From positions 48,610,001 through 48,674,000 of the forward strand of contig CM097885.1 of NCBI GenBank assembly GCA_044892525.1: a stretch of 64,000 nt of DNA, written 5' to 3'. This document shows positions 10,583 to 24,403 of this stretch, piece after piece. Position 1 is the first letter of the stretch. The number at the start of each line of letters is the position of its first letter. Both the position numbers and the translations under genes were made by a program. The stretch comes from Schmidtea polychroa (Eukaryota). The notes below the pieces were generated by a model, which had not been told where the DNA came from, did no database searches, and worked only from the letters and a program-made list of their open reading frames with translations.

Positions 10583-13500
10583 ATGGAAAAATACTATGGC
10601 CAACCCCATAACCGTGTTATTTATTTTGTTTGCCCCATTTGTAATTCCACTGAAAAATTAAATTATTCTAACTTTTATGATCAACATAAAGTTCATTTAA
10701 ATCGATTTAATCTTTTAAAGAAAAAACAAATTTTTAAATTACCAATTAATTTTTCAATTAATAAAAGGAAATCTGATTTGCCTATAAATAACCCTCGTCC
10801 ATCTAAAATTAAAAATTTAAATAATAATGATCAAATTATTATTCTCTCGGATTCTGAAGACGATGATGTAGTTTTAAATAATATGGTAACTCTTCCTGAT
10901 TTTGAAAATGATGTGGATATAGATTTTCTATCTGACTCTCAAAATGGAGTTGATATAATAACTCTTTCTGACTCTGATGCCGAAATAATTAATGATAGTA
11001 CGATACAATATGGTGGATCATTAGAACCGGTTGTAAATTATGATTTACGTAAATCACATGCCATAGTTAAAATGATGGTTGAAAATTTAAATTTAAATTC
11101 TTTAACCGTACCCACGCCCTTAATTAATAAATTTAATAATGTTACCAGAGAAATGGGTTCTGTAAAGATTCAATTTTGTATCGAAGTGGAATTTGAAAAA
11201 GATGGAGAATTTCAATCTTTCGTCATTTCAAATTCTGCAAGACCCATGAGTGATACCTTTTTAGATGAAGGTATTGCTATTCTCAATGAGAAAATTACTT
11301 TAATTAATGAAAAGGGAAGTAATTGGATTATTAATAAAATTAAAGAAATACATTTTGTTATTACAAAATTTTCTCAAATAAGTAGATTGAGTGGGAGCGG
11401 TTCTCTTCCAACTCCTAAATCATTATTAAATAAACATTGCGTAATAAATATTAACAATACGGATGATTTGTGTTTCATCTATAGCATTTTGGCTATTTTG
11501 AAATACGATGACGTTGATGGCAATCATAGAAATCGAATTAGTAATTATAATTTGTCTGATCTAGTCTCTGATCCTTCTGACTTACCGATGCGTCTCTGTA
11601 ATATACCTAAATTTGAAGATAAAAATCCAGGGCTTTCGATTAATGTTCTTGCATACGATGAGGATGCTTTAGTGGATATTTTAAATAATTCTGAAGTATT
11701 AAAACATCCTTATGTTGACATCATACGTAGATCGAAAGTTGTAGGCGGAAGACCGATTAATTTAATTTTGTTGGAAAGCAGTGATTCTTTTCATTATATA
11801 GGAGTCACTAATCTAGATAGACTTTTAAATTGTCGTAATTCTACTGTTACTAGTACTCGAATTCAAAGTCTGTGGTGTAATCGCTGTTTAAATGGCTTTC
11901 GTACACTTGAATCTTTAGATAAACATAAAGGTTTATGTGAGAAAAATCAATTAGGAACAACTTTATATACTTTACCATTAAATAAGAATTTATATTTTAA
12001 TGATTGGTCTAAAACAGTTACTGACCTTATTTCCTTTTCTTCCACAGTTATGTGTTATCTTTGCAAGAAAACTTTAGTAAACCCGACTAAAGATCATGAT
12101 CACTTTACTGGAAAATATTTGGGAGCAGCTTGTTCAACTTGTAATAATTCTCGTCAAATAAGATATGAATTTCCAATTGTTTTCCATAACTTGCGAGGGT
12201 ATGATCTTCATCATATCCTCAAATAGGGATTGAGTAGCTTTAAATCTTGGAATATTTCATGCATTCCAACGACAACTGAAAAGTTCTTAACATTATCTGC
12301 GAGAATAGGTGGTTTAAATATTAAATTTATCGATTCCTGCCAATTTATTAATAGTTCGTTAAATGACGCTGTTAAAACTCTTACTAATTTACCGATAACA
12401 CGATCAGAATTTAAGGGAACCATTGTTAATAATAAAGGAATTTTCCCATATAATTTTGCCACTAGTCTTGAAGTGCTTCGGTCAACTCCCCAATTACCGC
12501 CAATTTGGGTGTTACTGAAGACGAATATTCTATGGCTGAAATTATATGGAGGGAAACCAACTGTAATAACCTTTGTGATTATATGATGGTCTATCTAAAA
12601 CTAGATGTCTTTCTTTTAGCTGACTTTTTCCAGCAGTTTCGAAATAAATCTTTAGCTCATAATCATCTTGAACCTTTAAACTTCTTGGGCATTCCCGGTA
12701 TGTCTTGGAATTCAGCTCTGATGACTTTAGACGAACCCATCGAGTTGATTCAAGACATGGAGATGTTTAATTTCTTTGAGGGTGGTATAAGAGGGGGGTT
12801 GACATTTGTAAACAAACATTATGTTAATACAAATGAAAATACTGAACTTCTATATATCGATATTAATAATTTGTACGGCTGGGCTCTTAGCCAAAAACTA
12901 CCTAGGGGTGAATTTTCTTGGGTGACGGATGAGCCTGAATTAATTAATTTATTAAAAGTATGTGAATCTATTTATCTAGATTCACTTTCATATGGGTATA
13001 CTATGGAAGTGGATCTAGATATTCCAACATCTATTCACGATAAACTTAATGATTTTCCGGTTGCAGCCGAAAAAATGTGTGCTCCAAGATCTAAAGTGGA
13101 GAAGTTGATGCTTACACATTTACCCAAGAAGAACTATGTTCTTCATTGGAAACTTCTACAACTTTATCTTTCTCTTGGAGTAAAAGTTACTCAAATTCAC
13201 AGGGCTATCAAATTTCATCAGTCTACTATATTCAAAAATTACATTGACACAAACACCCAACTTCGAGCTGTGTCAACAAATACTCTTGATAAAAACTATT
13301 TTAAGCTTCTTAACAATAGTTTATATGGAAAGACAGTCGAAAATTTGAAGAAACGATTGAACTTGAGATTGTGTAACTCAGCTTCTAAACTGATTACTTA
13401 TTCCTCTAAACCCACATTTAAAAAGACTTATAAAATAGATCATGACTTAATAGCCGTTCTATTAAATAAGGATTCAGTGTGTTTGGATAGACCTAGTTAC

Positions 13501-14220
13501 ATTAGTCAATCTGTACTGGATCTATCCAAATTACGTATGTATCAGTTGCAATATATTGATTTACAAAAATATCGAGATGATTTTAGCTGTGAAATCAATA
13601 TTATTGCAGGTGACACTGATTCCTTCTTTTTAGAGGATAAAGGATGCAAATTAGATGTGCTTTTACCAGCTATGGTAAGAGATAACATGCTGGATACATC
13701 GAATTATGATTCATCTCATGAATTATATTCAAGAGCTCTTGATTCCGTCATTGGTAAATTCAAAGATGAAAAAAAAAGGGGTAGATATAAGGAATGGGTG
13801 CTTTTAAGGCCTAAATGCTATAGCCTTTTGGGTGATAAAGAGAGCAACAAGGCTAAGGGAATAACATTGAAGGGTACCGACTTAAAACATCAATCGTACC
13901 TTGATTGTTATCATAATAATTCGATGATTTCAGTACCAAAATCTCGAATAGTAAGTAAAAATCATCAGTTATTTACAATTAAAAATATAAAATTAGCCCT
14001 AACTAATAATGATGATAAGAGGCATTGGGTAAATAAAAATGAAAGTGTAGCATATGGTCATTATAAAATAGTTAACACGGTTATGGGTCATATTAACAAT
14101 GCTGAAGTTAGTGATTCGGACGAAGAAAATGATCAATACGTTCAACCATATTTCCCAAATGATGATTATGGTCACCCACACTTTCCATATGAAAAGGAAC
14201 ATCAATATGTTCTTGAATAA
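10583..14220 (+). pseudogene. Protein-primed DNA polymerase B (pPolB) of the Polinton; nonsense codon at 12224-12226, frameshift near 12505, apparent loss of the Exo I region near 12020
   Basis: YIDINNLYG, KLLNNSLYGKT, GDTDS; FHNLRGYD; Endo VII-like CYLC..DHDHFTGKYLGAACSTCN. Confidence 0.95.
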
Positions 14221-14275
14221 ATTTTGTATTGAAATAAAATTTATCTAACATAATTATTGTTTTAGTTCTTATTTG

Positions 14276-15451
<1,176 letters not shown>

Positions 15452-15835
15452 ATCAACCTTCTATCAATATCAACCTATTTTCAACATCAACCTATTTTCA
15501 ATATCAACCTATTTTCAACATCAACCTATTTTCAACATCAATCTATTTTCAACATCAACCTTTTCTCAACATCAACCTCTTCTCAACATCAAACTTTTCT
15601 CAACAACTTATTTTCAACATCAACCTATTTTTAATATCAACCTGCTTTCAATATCAACCTATTTTCATCATCAACCTATTTTCAAAATCAACCTATTTTC
15701 AACATAAACCTTTTCTCAACATAAACCTATTTTCAACATCAACCTATTTTCAATATCAACCTATTTTCAACATTAGCCTATTTTCAACATCAACCTATTT
15801 CTAACATCAATCTATTTTTAACCTCAACCTATTTT
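15452..15835. repeat. 18-bp minisatellite (TTTTCAACATCAACCTAT)n, right part
   Basis: Same unit as 1564-1791. Confidence 0.9.
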
Positions 15836-16344
15836 GTCTATTGGCCAATGTGTTTATCTTCTGGTATTTACAACTCATCGTACTTTTTATTACTAGTTGT
15901 TGTTTTTTATTACTAAATATTACTAATTACCTAAAATACTTATCACTATCCTTCACTATACCTATCACTACCCTTCACTACTGCCTAATAACCATCACTA
16001 CTGCCTTATAACTATCACTACTGCCTTATAACCATCACTATTTTCATAATCGAAATTAAGAACTACCAAGTCAAAGTGACACAGATCAAAATGTTCAATG
16101 GATCAAATACTGATAACCAACCAATAATGCCACGCTCTACAACCAATCCCAGTCAATCAACAGTCAAATAACTTCAAACCTCAATCAATGTTCTGCTCCG
16201 TAACAGAAACAGTTACATCAGACGACAATCAAATACCACATTTAATGCTTGAGCCTCGGCACAGCGTTCGGAGAAATCAACTCAACAAATTTGAAGGGTC
16301 GAGAATTCCTTCCCTTATGCCCGAGTGGCCCATTTGTACTTAAA

Positions 16345-17045
16345 ATAAAATTTTGTAAAAGTATCAATAAAATGAATACCTGTTTCCACATATTTGGATA
16401 TTAGAGAACCTTTTTTTTATTTTGCCAGAAGTTTTCATATTCACCATTGTCGAAATTCTGTTTACTTTCTTCTTCATATTTGATTTCTAAAGGTTCTTCT
16501 TGACACTTTGCATCAGTTTCCTTAACATTTGCTGTGAATGGAATTTTTATCCAGTACATCTTTAAGTTTAAAATAACTTCAAATCGTTTTTTCATGTCAG
16601 ATTTAAGTTCATTAAGGTGGCTACTGAAATTTTGAATATCCTCTGGAGTTACATCATCTTTTATAGATTATGACGGAAAAGTTCAAGTTTGTCAATAGAT
16701 AATGACACAATACTTTGGCAACTTATAAGAGTTTTATTAGTGCCTTGGAGTTGTAAATTAATATCATTAAATATCTTGAAAATATCTGCCAAATAAAAGG
16801 CATCCTTTCTGACAATTGTTAATTGTTGGCAGAGACTGGTTTCATTGCTAATTGTATGATATTATCATATATTGCTACAAATAGATTTAAACATGTGCCC
16901 TTTGACAGCCATCGAACTTCTGTGTGCAAAAGTAATCTTATAAAATCTTCACTATTATCCTGGCACAGCTGCCGAAACATTCTATCATTTTTGGCATTAA
17001 ATTTGATTTTATTTACAGCTCGAATTACAATAAAAAAGTATCTTT
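16345..17045 (-). mobile_element. hAT (Charlie/Buster, ZBED5-like) transposase fragment
   Basis: RMFRQLCQDNSEDFIRLLLHTEVRWLSKG; AFYLADIF..INLQLQG; disrupted reading frame. Confidence 0.8.
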
Positions 17046-17649
17046 CTATCTCGACAAAAAATTCTACTGCCCACCAGTGGGCGGTAGGGACCATGTTGAT
17101 TATCACTGATGTAAACAATAATTATAACTTGAGAATAACTATAAGCTGACTAATCATGAATAACAATAACCTCAATAGATGAGGCGTTATCCAAAGCATT
17201 CACTAAAGTAAGTAGTATTTTGGGAAGGAAAAATTGTCGAAGATGGAAGAAGTAAAATCATTTGTCGTTTTGGATCAAGGTTAATTAAAGTCACGACAAC
17301 AGCATAATTTAATAGACTAGGACGCCAACAAAAATAATAAATTAAATAACAATTTATTATAAATAATAATAATTGTTAAATTTAAATTTCTGTAAAAAAT
17401 TCATAATAGCCTCATGCAGTTATAATTTTCTCCAAATGAATGGAAAATTAATTCCAATGATATTTTTCTGTCTACTGTGATTTTTTTTAAAATCTTATAT
17501 TTTAATTATTTTTATGTTTTATTACAAATACAAATTAAGACTGAATAAAAATTAATCTTTTTTATAAATAAATATTTATTTTTTCCTTTGTTGTTGTAAA
17601 TTACAATGAAGAATGATCACAAGTTCAATAGAGACTGACCTCATATATT

Positions 17650-18672
17650 TGTTGAGGATACCTAAATAATAATTCATAAAGAAATAAATAAAATTACCTG
17701 AGGGAAGATCGCCATGACAAACGGGATGATCTATAGAGACTTAGAAAAGAAAACGGAAGTGAAAAGAAATTAAAAATGAGAAAGAGAAAGGAAATAAAAG
17801 TTATCAAACAAGAAAATAAAAATCTAAATAAAATCTAAAATAAAAAATTAATTATTACAAAAAGGAAAAGGAATTTTGAGATCGGGGAAAAAGGAAAACA
17901 ACAATATCCTTATCTCGACAGCTTGCGAGTGATAATAGAATTGATGGGAGAAGGCGGCCAAACAAGAAAGGAAAAAGGGAAAAACAACTTGACAGCTGTC
18001 AGAGATAAAAATGGGACAGTCGGGGAAAGCAGGAGAAGGAAAGTGGAAAAACACTTGATTATCTGGAGTGCCACAAGAGAAGCGAACTATATAAGGGAAA
18101 ACTGGTGAACATAAAATTAGAACAAAGGAGAGAACAAAATTAGAAGGAAAATTAGAGACAAAGTGACGCGAAATTGAAAACGATTTGGAAGACGATTTGA
18201 GAGACAATTTGAGAAATAAAATTATTGGAGAAAATTAGACGTTGGACGAAACGTTGTTGGACAAACGATTGTCGAAATAATTGTAAAGGAAATAATTGTG
18301 GAAATAATTATTGGAGAAGAGTTGGAAAGAATTAGTTGAATAATAAAACGAAAAGAAGTTATTGATTATTTGAATAAAGTTTGGAAGAAAGTCAAAGAAA
18401 ACAATCAGCTCAAAATCCCAGTTTAGAAACCAATCAGTAATTTGTGATCTTTTAATCCGGTGTTATACATAAGTGCTATTCCTCACCGAGTGTTGTAATA
18501 AGCATTGTATAGTCACCAAGCAGAGTGTTGAATTTATTTTCAGTGTCAAGTGAAAGTTTATTTGTGATTATCAATAAAGATTTCTGTTGTCAAGTGTTAT
18601 TTGTGAATTATATAAAGACACGCTTGGAGTCAGAGTAACATTAAATTTTATCACAAACTCAATAACCCAACA
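17650..18672 (+). mobile_element. Solo LTR (1023 bp)
   Basis: TGTTGAGG...CCCAACA ends, 4-bp TSD TATT, AATAAA, GACACG..GGAGTCAGAG motif near the 3' end. Confidence 0.8.
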
Positions 18673-19151
18673 TATTTTTATTTTACGCAATTTGATAACT
18701 AGGCTCCGCTTTTATTACCTCCTACCACCGGGAACCAATAAAATTTTGTTTAACCTGCGCAAAAAATGAAAACGTACTAAAAATTATAATTAGGCCATCC
18801 ATACTAACGGATTTCCTAAATACTTTATCAAAAAGTTATTTGTTCTCAAATGAGAATTTATTTGAAAATTATTTAACCGCCAGTAAAAAACTTCATTATT
18901 TTTACCTCAACCTTTCATCTGGATTTCTCGGAGTTACGATATGTCAGGGGGTGCGGACGTCCCTCCCCAGTTTATTTTATAACTCAATTTATATAACTAG
19001 CCGTTTTATCACGAGATACTAAAATATATTAAACATACCCAATTATAAATAATATATATGGACGTTTAAAAAGTTTGTAAAAAATACATTAAAATGCGAT
19101 TTAGTAATTTAAAAAATTTATATTTGAATCTATTTGCCCAATAAGCGTTGC

Positions 19152-20483
19152 TTAACGTTGTGAAATATGACCAGTTTGTAAATAATTTAAAAGCAATTTG
19201 AGTACTTCTTGTCGCGCTTCTATTAATTCTGCCTCCTCTAATCCTTCTCCAGTAAACCAGTGAACATACGCTTTTCTTCTATATAATAAATCAAATTTCT
19301 GTAAAATGTAATCTAAGACTTGAGATATGCAAGTGGAATTAGCAATTAGGCAAACCGATCTCTTAATTTTCCCAAGACAGCTATATTGAACATATGGTGG
19401 TGGTTGACGGTTTATTCCGAGTTTGAAGCCCGTCGGTGACCAGTCAACAAATTTTAGTGAACTATTTTTTAATTTTCCCACAGCTTGCGTTATTTCACTC
19501 ACAACGCAGTTTTTCCCTCTGTATAAAAGAGCACATGCCATATATTCGCCATATTCAGGATAACATTTGACAGTAAAACTTTTTCTTTGAAAAACTTCTT
19601 CCGTTAGTGCATAAATGTTGTGAGGTTCGACCGCTTTGCTTGAGGATGGAATTATAGGAGCATAACTAATAACGGGATATTTAAGTTGTGGATAAGGAAT
19701 GAGATTTGTTTGAAAAAGATTAAAATCAGTAGACAGAACACTTTCAAATCTCAAAGAAGCTGTTATAGAACTTACAATTTGAGCTATAATCCTGTTGACA
19801 TTAAAATAACTAGGTCTTTCTAAGTCTAATTTGCTTTTAGAAATATCGTACAATGCTTGATTGTCAATAATAAGACTTAGACTGATATGTTTCATTGTTC
19901 GAAATAATGTCAAAACAGCATTATACGACTCAACTATCGAAGTAGAAATGAAAGGAGCCGGAATTACAGCCAACTCTGAAATATTTACCTTTGAAAATTC
20001 TTCGGCGATTTCATCTAAAAATAACGCAGTTGATCCAGATCCGGTACCTCCACTACAAGATTTAAAAATAATTATTCCATTTAGACAATCACTGGCTTCT
20101 GATAAGAGTCTAATGCCTTCTACTGCTGGCTTTAAAATATGTTGTCCTGCTACCTTGAAACCTCGCGGAAATAAATTTGAAGCATCCTCAATTCCAGTAA
20201 TTAAAGCGTTTTCAGGGTAGAAATTTTTGTAACAGCCTGTGCGAATTTCATCGATGACCATAGATTCTGTGTCAATAAATAAACACCGAGGAGTATATTT
20301 ATTTCTGTTTGAATCGAAAGGATAAAAAAAAGAGCACGCAGACTTTTCACCTAAGTTTTCATATCGTTTTGCCAGTGAACCGTTCGTTTTGATTCCGTGC
20401 TCAATTCCAATTAATTCCCAAATAGCACTACCTAGTTGAACTCCGGCTTGACCGATGTGTACACAAATAGTTTGCCTTGACAT
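19152..20483 (-). CDS. Highly divergent, intronless alpha-tubulin-like protein (443 aa)
   Basis: HIGQAGVQLG..WEL..EHGI, GGTGSG, ITASLRF, FQTNLIPYP, FVDWSPTGFKLGIN, KFDLLY..AYVHWFTGEGLEE. Confidence 0.92.
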   Translation of the reverse strand: MSRQTICVHIGQAGVQLGSAIWELIGIEHGIKTNGSLAKRYENLGEKSACSFFYPFDSNRNKYTPRCLFIDTESMVIDEIRTGCYKNFYPENALITGIEDASNLFPRGFKVAGQHILKPAVEGIRLLSEASDCLNGIIIFKSCSGGTGSGSTALFLDEIAEEFSKVNISELAVIPAPFISTSIVESYNAVLTLFRTMKHISLSLIIDNQALYDISKSKLDLERPSYFNVNRIIAQIVSSITASLRFESVLSTDFNLFQTNLIPYPQLKYPVISYAPIIPSSSKAVEPHNIYALTEEVFQRKSFTVKCYPEYGEYMACALLYRGKNCVVSEITQAVGKLKNSSLKFVDWSPTGFKLGINRQPPPYVQYSCLGKIKRSVCLIANSTCISQVLDYILQKFDLLYRRKAYVHWFTGEGLEEAELIEARQEVLKLLLNYLQTGHISQR

Positions 20484-22189
20484 TTACTTTTCTAATACAA
20501 TCAATCTTTAAATAAATTTAATTTATTAATAATTCTTATTGATGGTAAATCATTGCCCATCTTACAATTGAGTTATAAAATATAATATCTTTAGAGACTT
20601 TTTCATTTGATCATATTTTATTGCCAATATCAAACTTCTAACTAGTTTACCAGTTTATATAAAAATGGGTGGTACAAAATTTTATTTCTAAATGTATAAT
20701 AATATAGACAGTTATACACTTACAACCGGTCTGCAAGATTGAAGAGGAATATTTCATTGTCGAGAATTCTCATTTTTTTTATTTTATAGTGAATTGATGC
20801 TGTTATAATGAGATGAAGACAAATATAATTATATAAAATCATTGGGGTCCCCAGAAAAAGGCATTCAATAATTAAAAATAAATAAATAATTTTTAGTACC
20901 TATGTGGGAAACTCGAGTTACATAGGAGAACCCGATCGTAAATGAATAAATAATGAAATTAACCCTTCATCAAAAATAAATAGAGAGATAAGCTTTTTCA
21001 ATATTAAATTATTTGAATAGACAGAGAAGTGAGAGATTATCCTTCTAATTGTCTTGTTTCCACCAAAATAAAGTTCATATATTTATTGTTGTTTGATAAT
21101 TGAATTATTTTGTTTACAAAATATGTATAAAAAGCAGAGACAATAGTGATCAATTACCAGTTGGTCAAAGAGAAAAATCTTTTAAACTAATTGAGCCGTT
21201 TATTTTGAAAGTGACAGTAGCGTATTGTTATTTTATTATTATCATTTTGCATGAAATTGTAATTATAGTTCGTAGTGTATTATTATTTTTATTATGATTA
21301 TTCATATTATATAAAAACATAAAAAAACTATTTAGTGTAATTCTCTATAGTAAATTATTACTATAGAGAATGACAAAATAAAAATCGATAGAAAATACAA
21401 AAAAAATTAATAAAAGGAAGAAGTTATATTATTCGATACTATAATAGAATTTCAACTGTCTCTTTCATATACTGAAAATTCCTCTAGCATTTTCCAAATT
21501 AAAAAAAAATAGAAACTATTAAGAATTGACAAAAGAAAATCCAAATCAAGAATTCCGTAACAACGAACGTAAAAGAAACAAAGCTAAGAATTGTATTTAT
21601 AATTTTATTAAGAATTTTATTTCATTTACATTCAGTCCCGAAAAGTTTACCCTAGTTCAAATTCAAAAGTTAGAAATAAAAGAAGACAAGAAATACAAGG
21701 TGAGTTTCATTATTTTTATATTAATAAAAGTTGAAGAAAATATCATTTCAATTAATATTTTACTAACAGATTATAAATTAAAAATTGAGTTGAATATCAA
21801 AGTGGGCCAACCAAGCATCACTATGGAAAAGGCCTCCATGAAAAATAATGAATATTTAATATTTGTTTCGATAATATTTAAGTTTTCTGATTTAATATAA
21901 ATAGACTAAATGAATAATAAGTTTGATATCTTTACTTATTCATAGTCAAGTTTTTTAATAAATACAATGTCAATTGAAAAGAAATTAGTGGTAAAAAATG
22001 AAACTTAATGAATACGAAAAAGGAAAAATTGATGCATATTCCAAAAAAAGAGGGAACGTAATGCAAGTATTGCAAAAAAGTTTAACAGATCAAGGCATGC
22101 GATATATAATTATTTGGATAATAGTTATAAAAAGCAATGGAAACAAATGGGTTGCCCTAAGGCACTTTTTAATCGACAGAAAAGTAAGG

Positions 22190-22504
22190 TATGAGAAATG
22201 AGCAAGCCAGCATTTGATCGAAGAGAAAAAGATAGAAGAGAAACAGAAATTCGGCGATCAGTAGTCGAAAGAAAAAATCTAGTAATTCAAAAAAGGTAAG
22301 ATTTGTACAAGGAAAGGTAATTACTCTTTGGGTTTTCTACCTTATCGAGCGGAAAATTGTCTTGAGAGAAAGGTGCAAATAGTGACACATTGTAATTGTG
22401 ATAAAGATTGAATAAAATTATTCTGTGTTGGGTTTCGATTAATTTGGTTGAATGAGAACACGAGGAGTCAGAGAGAGACCCGAATGTCAAATAAAAACTC
22501 AACA
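22190..22504 (+). mobile_element. 3' fragment of an LTR of the same solo-LTR family
   Basis: AATAAA, ACACGAGGAGTCAGAG, ends CTCAACA; 5' boundary approximate. Confidence 0.55.
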
Positions 22505-22798
22505 AATTCATTAAAAAATAGCAAGAATTAACTTTCCCTAAAATCATATTAATAACCACATTAACTGGACTAAGATAATATTCTTAGATGAGAAGAAATT
22601 TAATTTGAATGGTCCCGATGGTTATAAATACTATTGACATCATTAAAAGAATTCAAAAAAAATATTTTCTAAGAGAATTTGTGGTGGAGGATATATGATA
22701 ATATATGATAATATATGATAAATATATGATAATATATGATAATATATGATAAAAAGCTAGCTTTACGTGTGGTTTTAATACCTCTTAATGGTGACAAG

Positions 22799-23926
22799 CA
22801 ACGTTCCCTCTAATTTTTTTTTAGCTGAGCAGAAAAAAAATATATTGCGCCACGATTAAAAAATTAAATAAAAATTAAGCAATTAGGAATTTTTTTTATT
22901 TGAAAAAACATATTTTATTTTTTTATAAGTACATGATTATTTTTTTTCTCGCCTATCTTTATTGTGCTTCCAGTAATGGTATACTTTATCCAGATCAATA
23001 ATATTTTCCGAAACCAAGTGTGATTTTATTCTTATTAAGTTACTCAAATGATTAACGTTCAATCTATTTCTAAATTTTGTTTTAATCAAATTCATCATGC
23101 TAAAACCTCTTTCACAATCAGCACTCGACGCTTGAAAGGTTTCACAAATATCAAACAAATATTTTATATTTTGAAAACAGAAGAACCAATTGAAGTAGAT
23201 CATTGAAATTACGACCGTTATTTTTGAATTTTCCCGTAAATAAATATTTTAAATCTTTATACTCATCCATTATTATTTTATTATCCATATTTGGGATGAG
23301 ATCTCCATATTTCAATATTATTTTTTTTAATTTTTCATTCCCATAATTAAAATCTGATGTATTGACAATGCCGTTTTGACCAAAAGCATTCCAAAGATCC
23401 ATGTCACTATCAGGAAATCTTTTATCCAAATAGTGGCATAACTTCTCAATAAATAGAATTATCCCAGACAATTTTTGCATATCATTATTACCTTCATCTT
23501 CGAGAATTTTTTTCACATCCTCACTCCAATAAACTATATCACCAAGGTACTGACTTCTTAATTTTGTGATGATCGATTTACAATATTGATGCGTTTCCAT
23601 TGGTGATAAAACACTTTTTTGTAAATATTTTGATAACTTTGTCAATTCTGTAAAAACATCATTTAATGCGACCTTTGTCAAATCTCTAACGAGTTCATAG
23701 CCTACTAAGTAACTAATTATTTTTAAATAAGTATTTGAATTTTTAAAGTGGTAACTTCAAAAATTATAACTTTAGTTCCTAAAAAGAAAATAATTTTTTT
23801 TTCAAGAAGAAATTTGTTTTTTTTTCCCAAGAAGAAATTTGTTTTTTTTAAGAAGAAATTTGTTATGCGCAACTTAAAAAATTCCTGTGCGTAATTGCGC
23901 ACGTGTGCACCTTAGAGGGAACGTTG
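22799..23926 (-). mobile_element. Internally deleted hAT transposon carrying the transposase C-terminus (dimerisation domain)
   Basis: 15-bp perfect TIR CAACGTTCCCTCTAA, 8-bp TSD GTGACAAG, ASSADCERGFSMMNLIKTKFRNRL. Confidence 0.92.
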
Positions 23927-24133
23927 GTGACAAGTACTATAATTTGATAAAAGAATTAATATTTCCGAATGTCAAACTTCCAGAAAATATCGATGTCATC
24001 TTTAGGCCAGATAACGCTCCTTGTCATTGATCTAAAACGACACTTAATAAGATCAGCGAAGATTTATTACAAGTGTTAAAGTGGCCAGCAAGATCCCTTG
24101 ACTTAAATACAATAGAAAATTTATGGTCTCAAT

Positions 24134-24403
24134 CAGCACTGGCGCTAGAGTTTCAGATGATGTGTGAAAATTGCATATTACCGCTTTCGCATTCCATAAT
24201 AAGAGTAAAAAAAACGATAAATGCATACATAACAAAACAATATAACTTTATTACTTTTAATTTAATTCATATTTAATATAAAAACATTAAGTTATTAAAC
24301 AATAGAATGGAAATTGTTATGAAAATAACAAATTTCTGTACAATTTTGCCGCCGTGGCGCCTGCGTGAAAATCACGCATCGTACCCGCCTCACGCCGGGC
24401 CTG
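24134..24403. mobile_element. hAT-type MITE (270 bp)
   Basis: 8-bp TSD GTCTCAAT; imperfect TIR CAGCACTGGCG / CGCCGGGCCTG; removing it restores the Tc1 frame. Confidence 0.8.

Noticed and set aside
15452..15835. CRISPR-like reading of the short repeat array
   Set aside because: Head-to-tail tandem units without unique spacers, no cas genes, eukaryotic context
19861..20220. Antisense ORFs over real genes (also 4326, 6128, 6665, 12211, 46239, 61549)
   Set aside because: Shadow frames opposite well-supported coding sequences
21340..21371. Perfect 14-bp hairpin ATTCTCTATAGTAA-ATTA-TTACTATAGAGAAT
   Set aside because: Isolated AT-rich palindrome with no Helitron CTRR end or other supporting context
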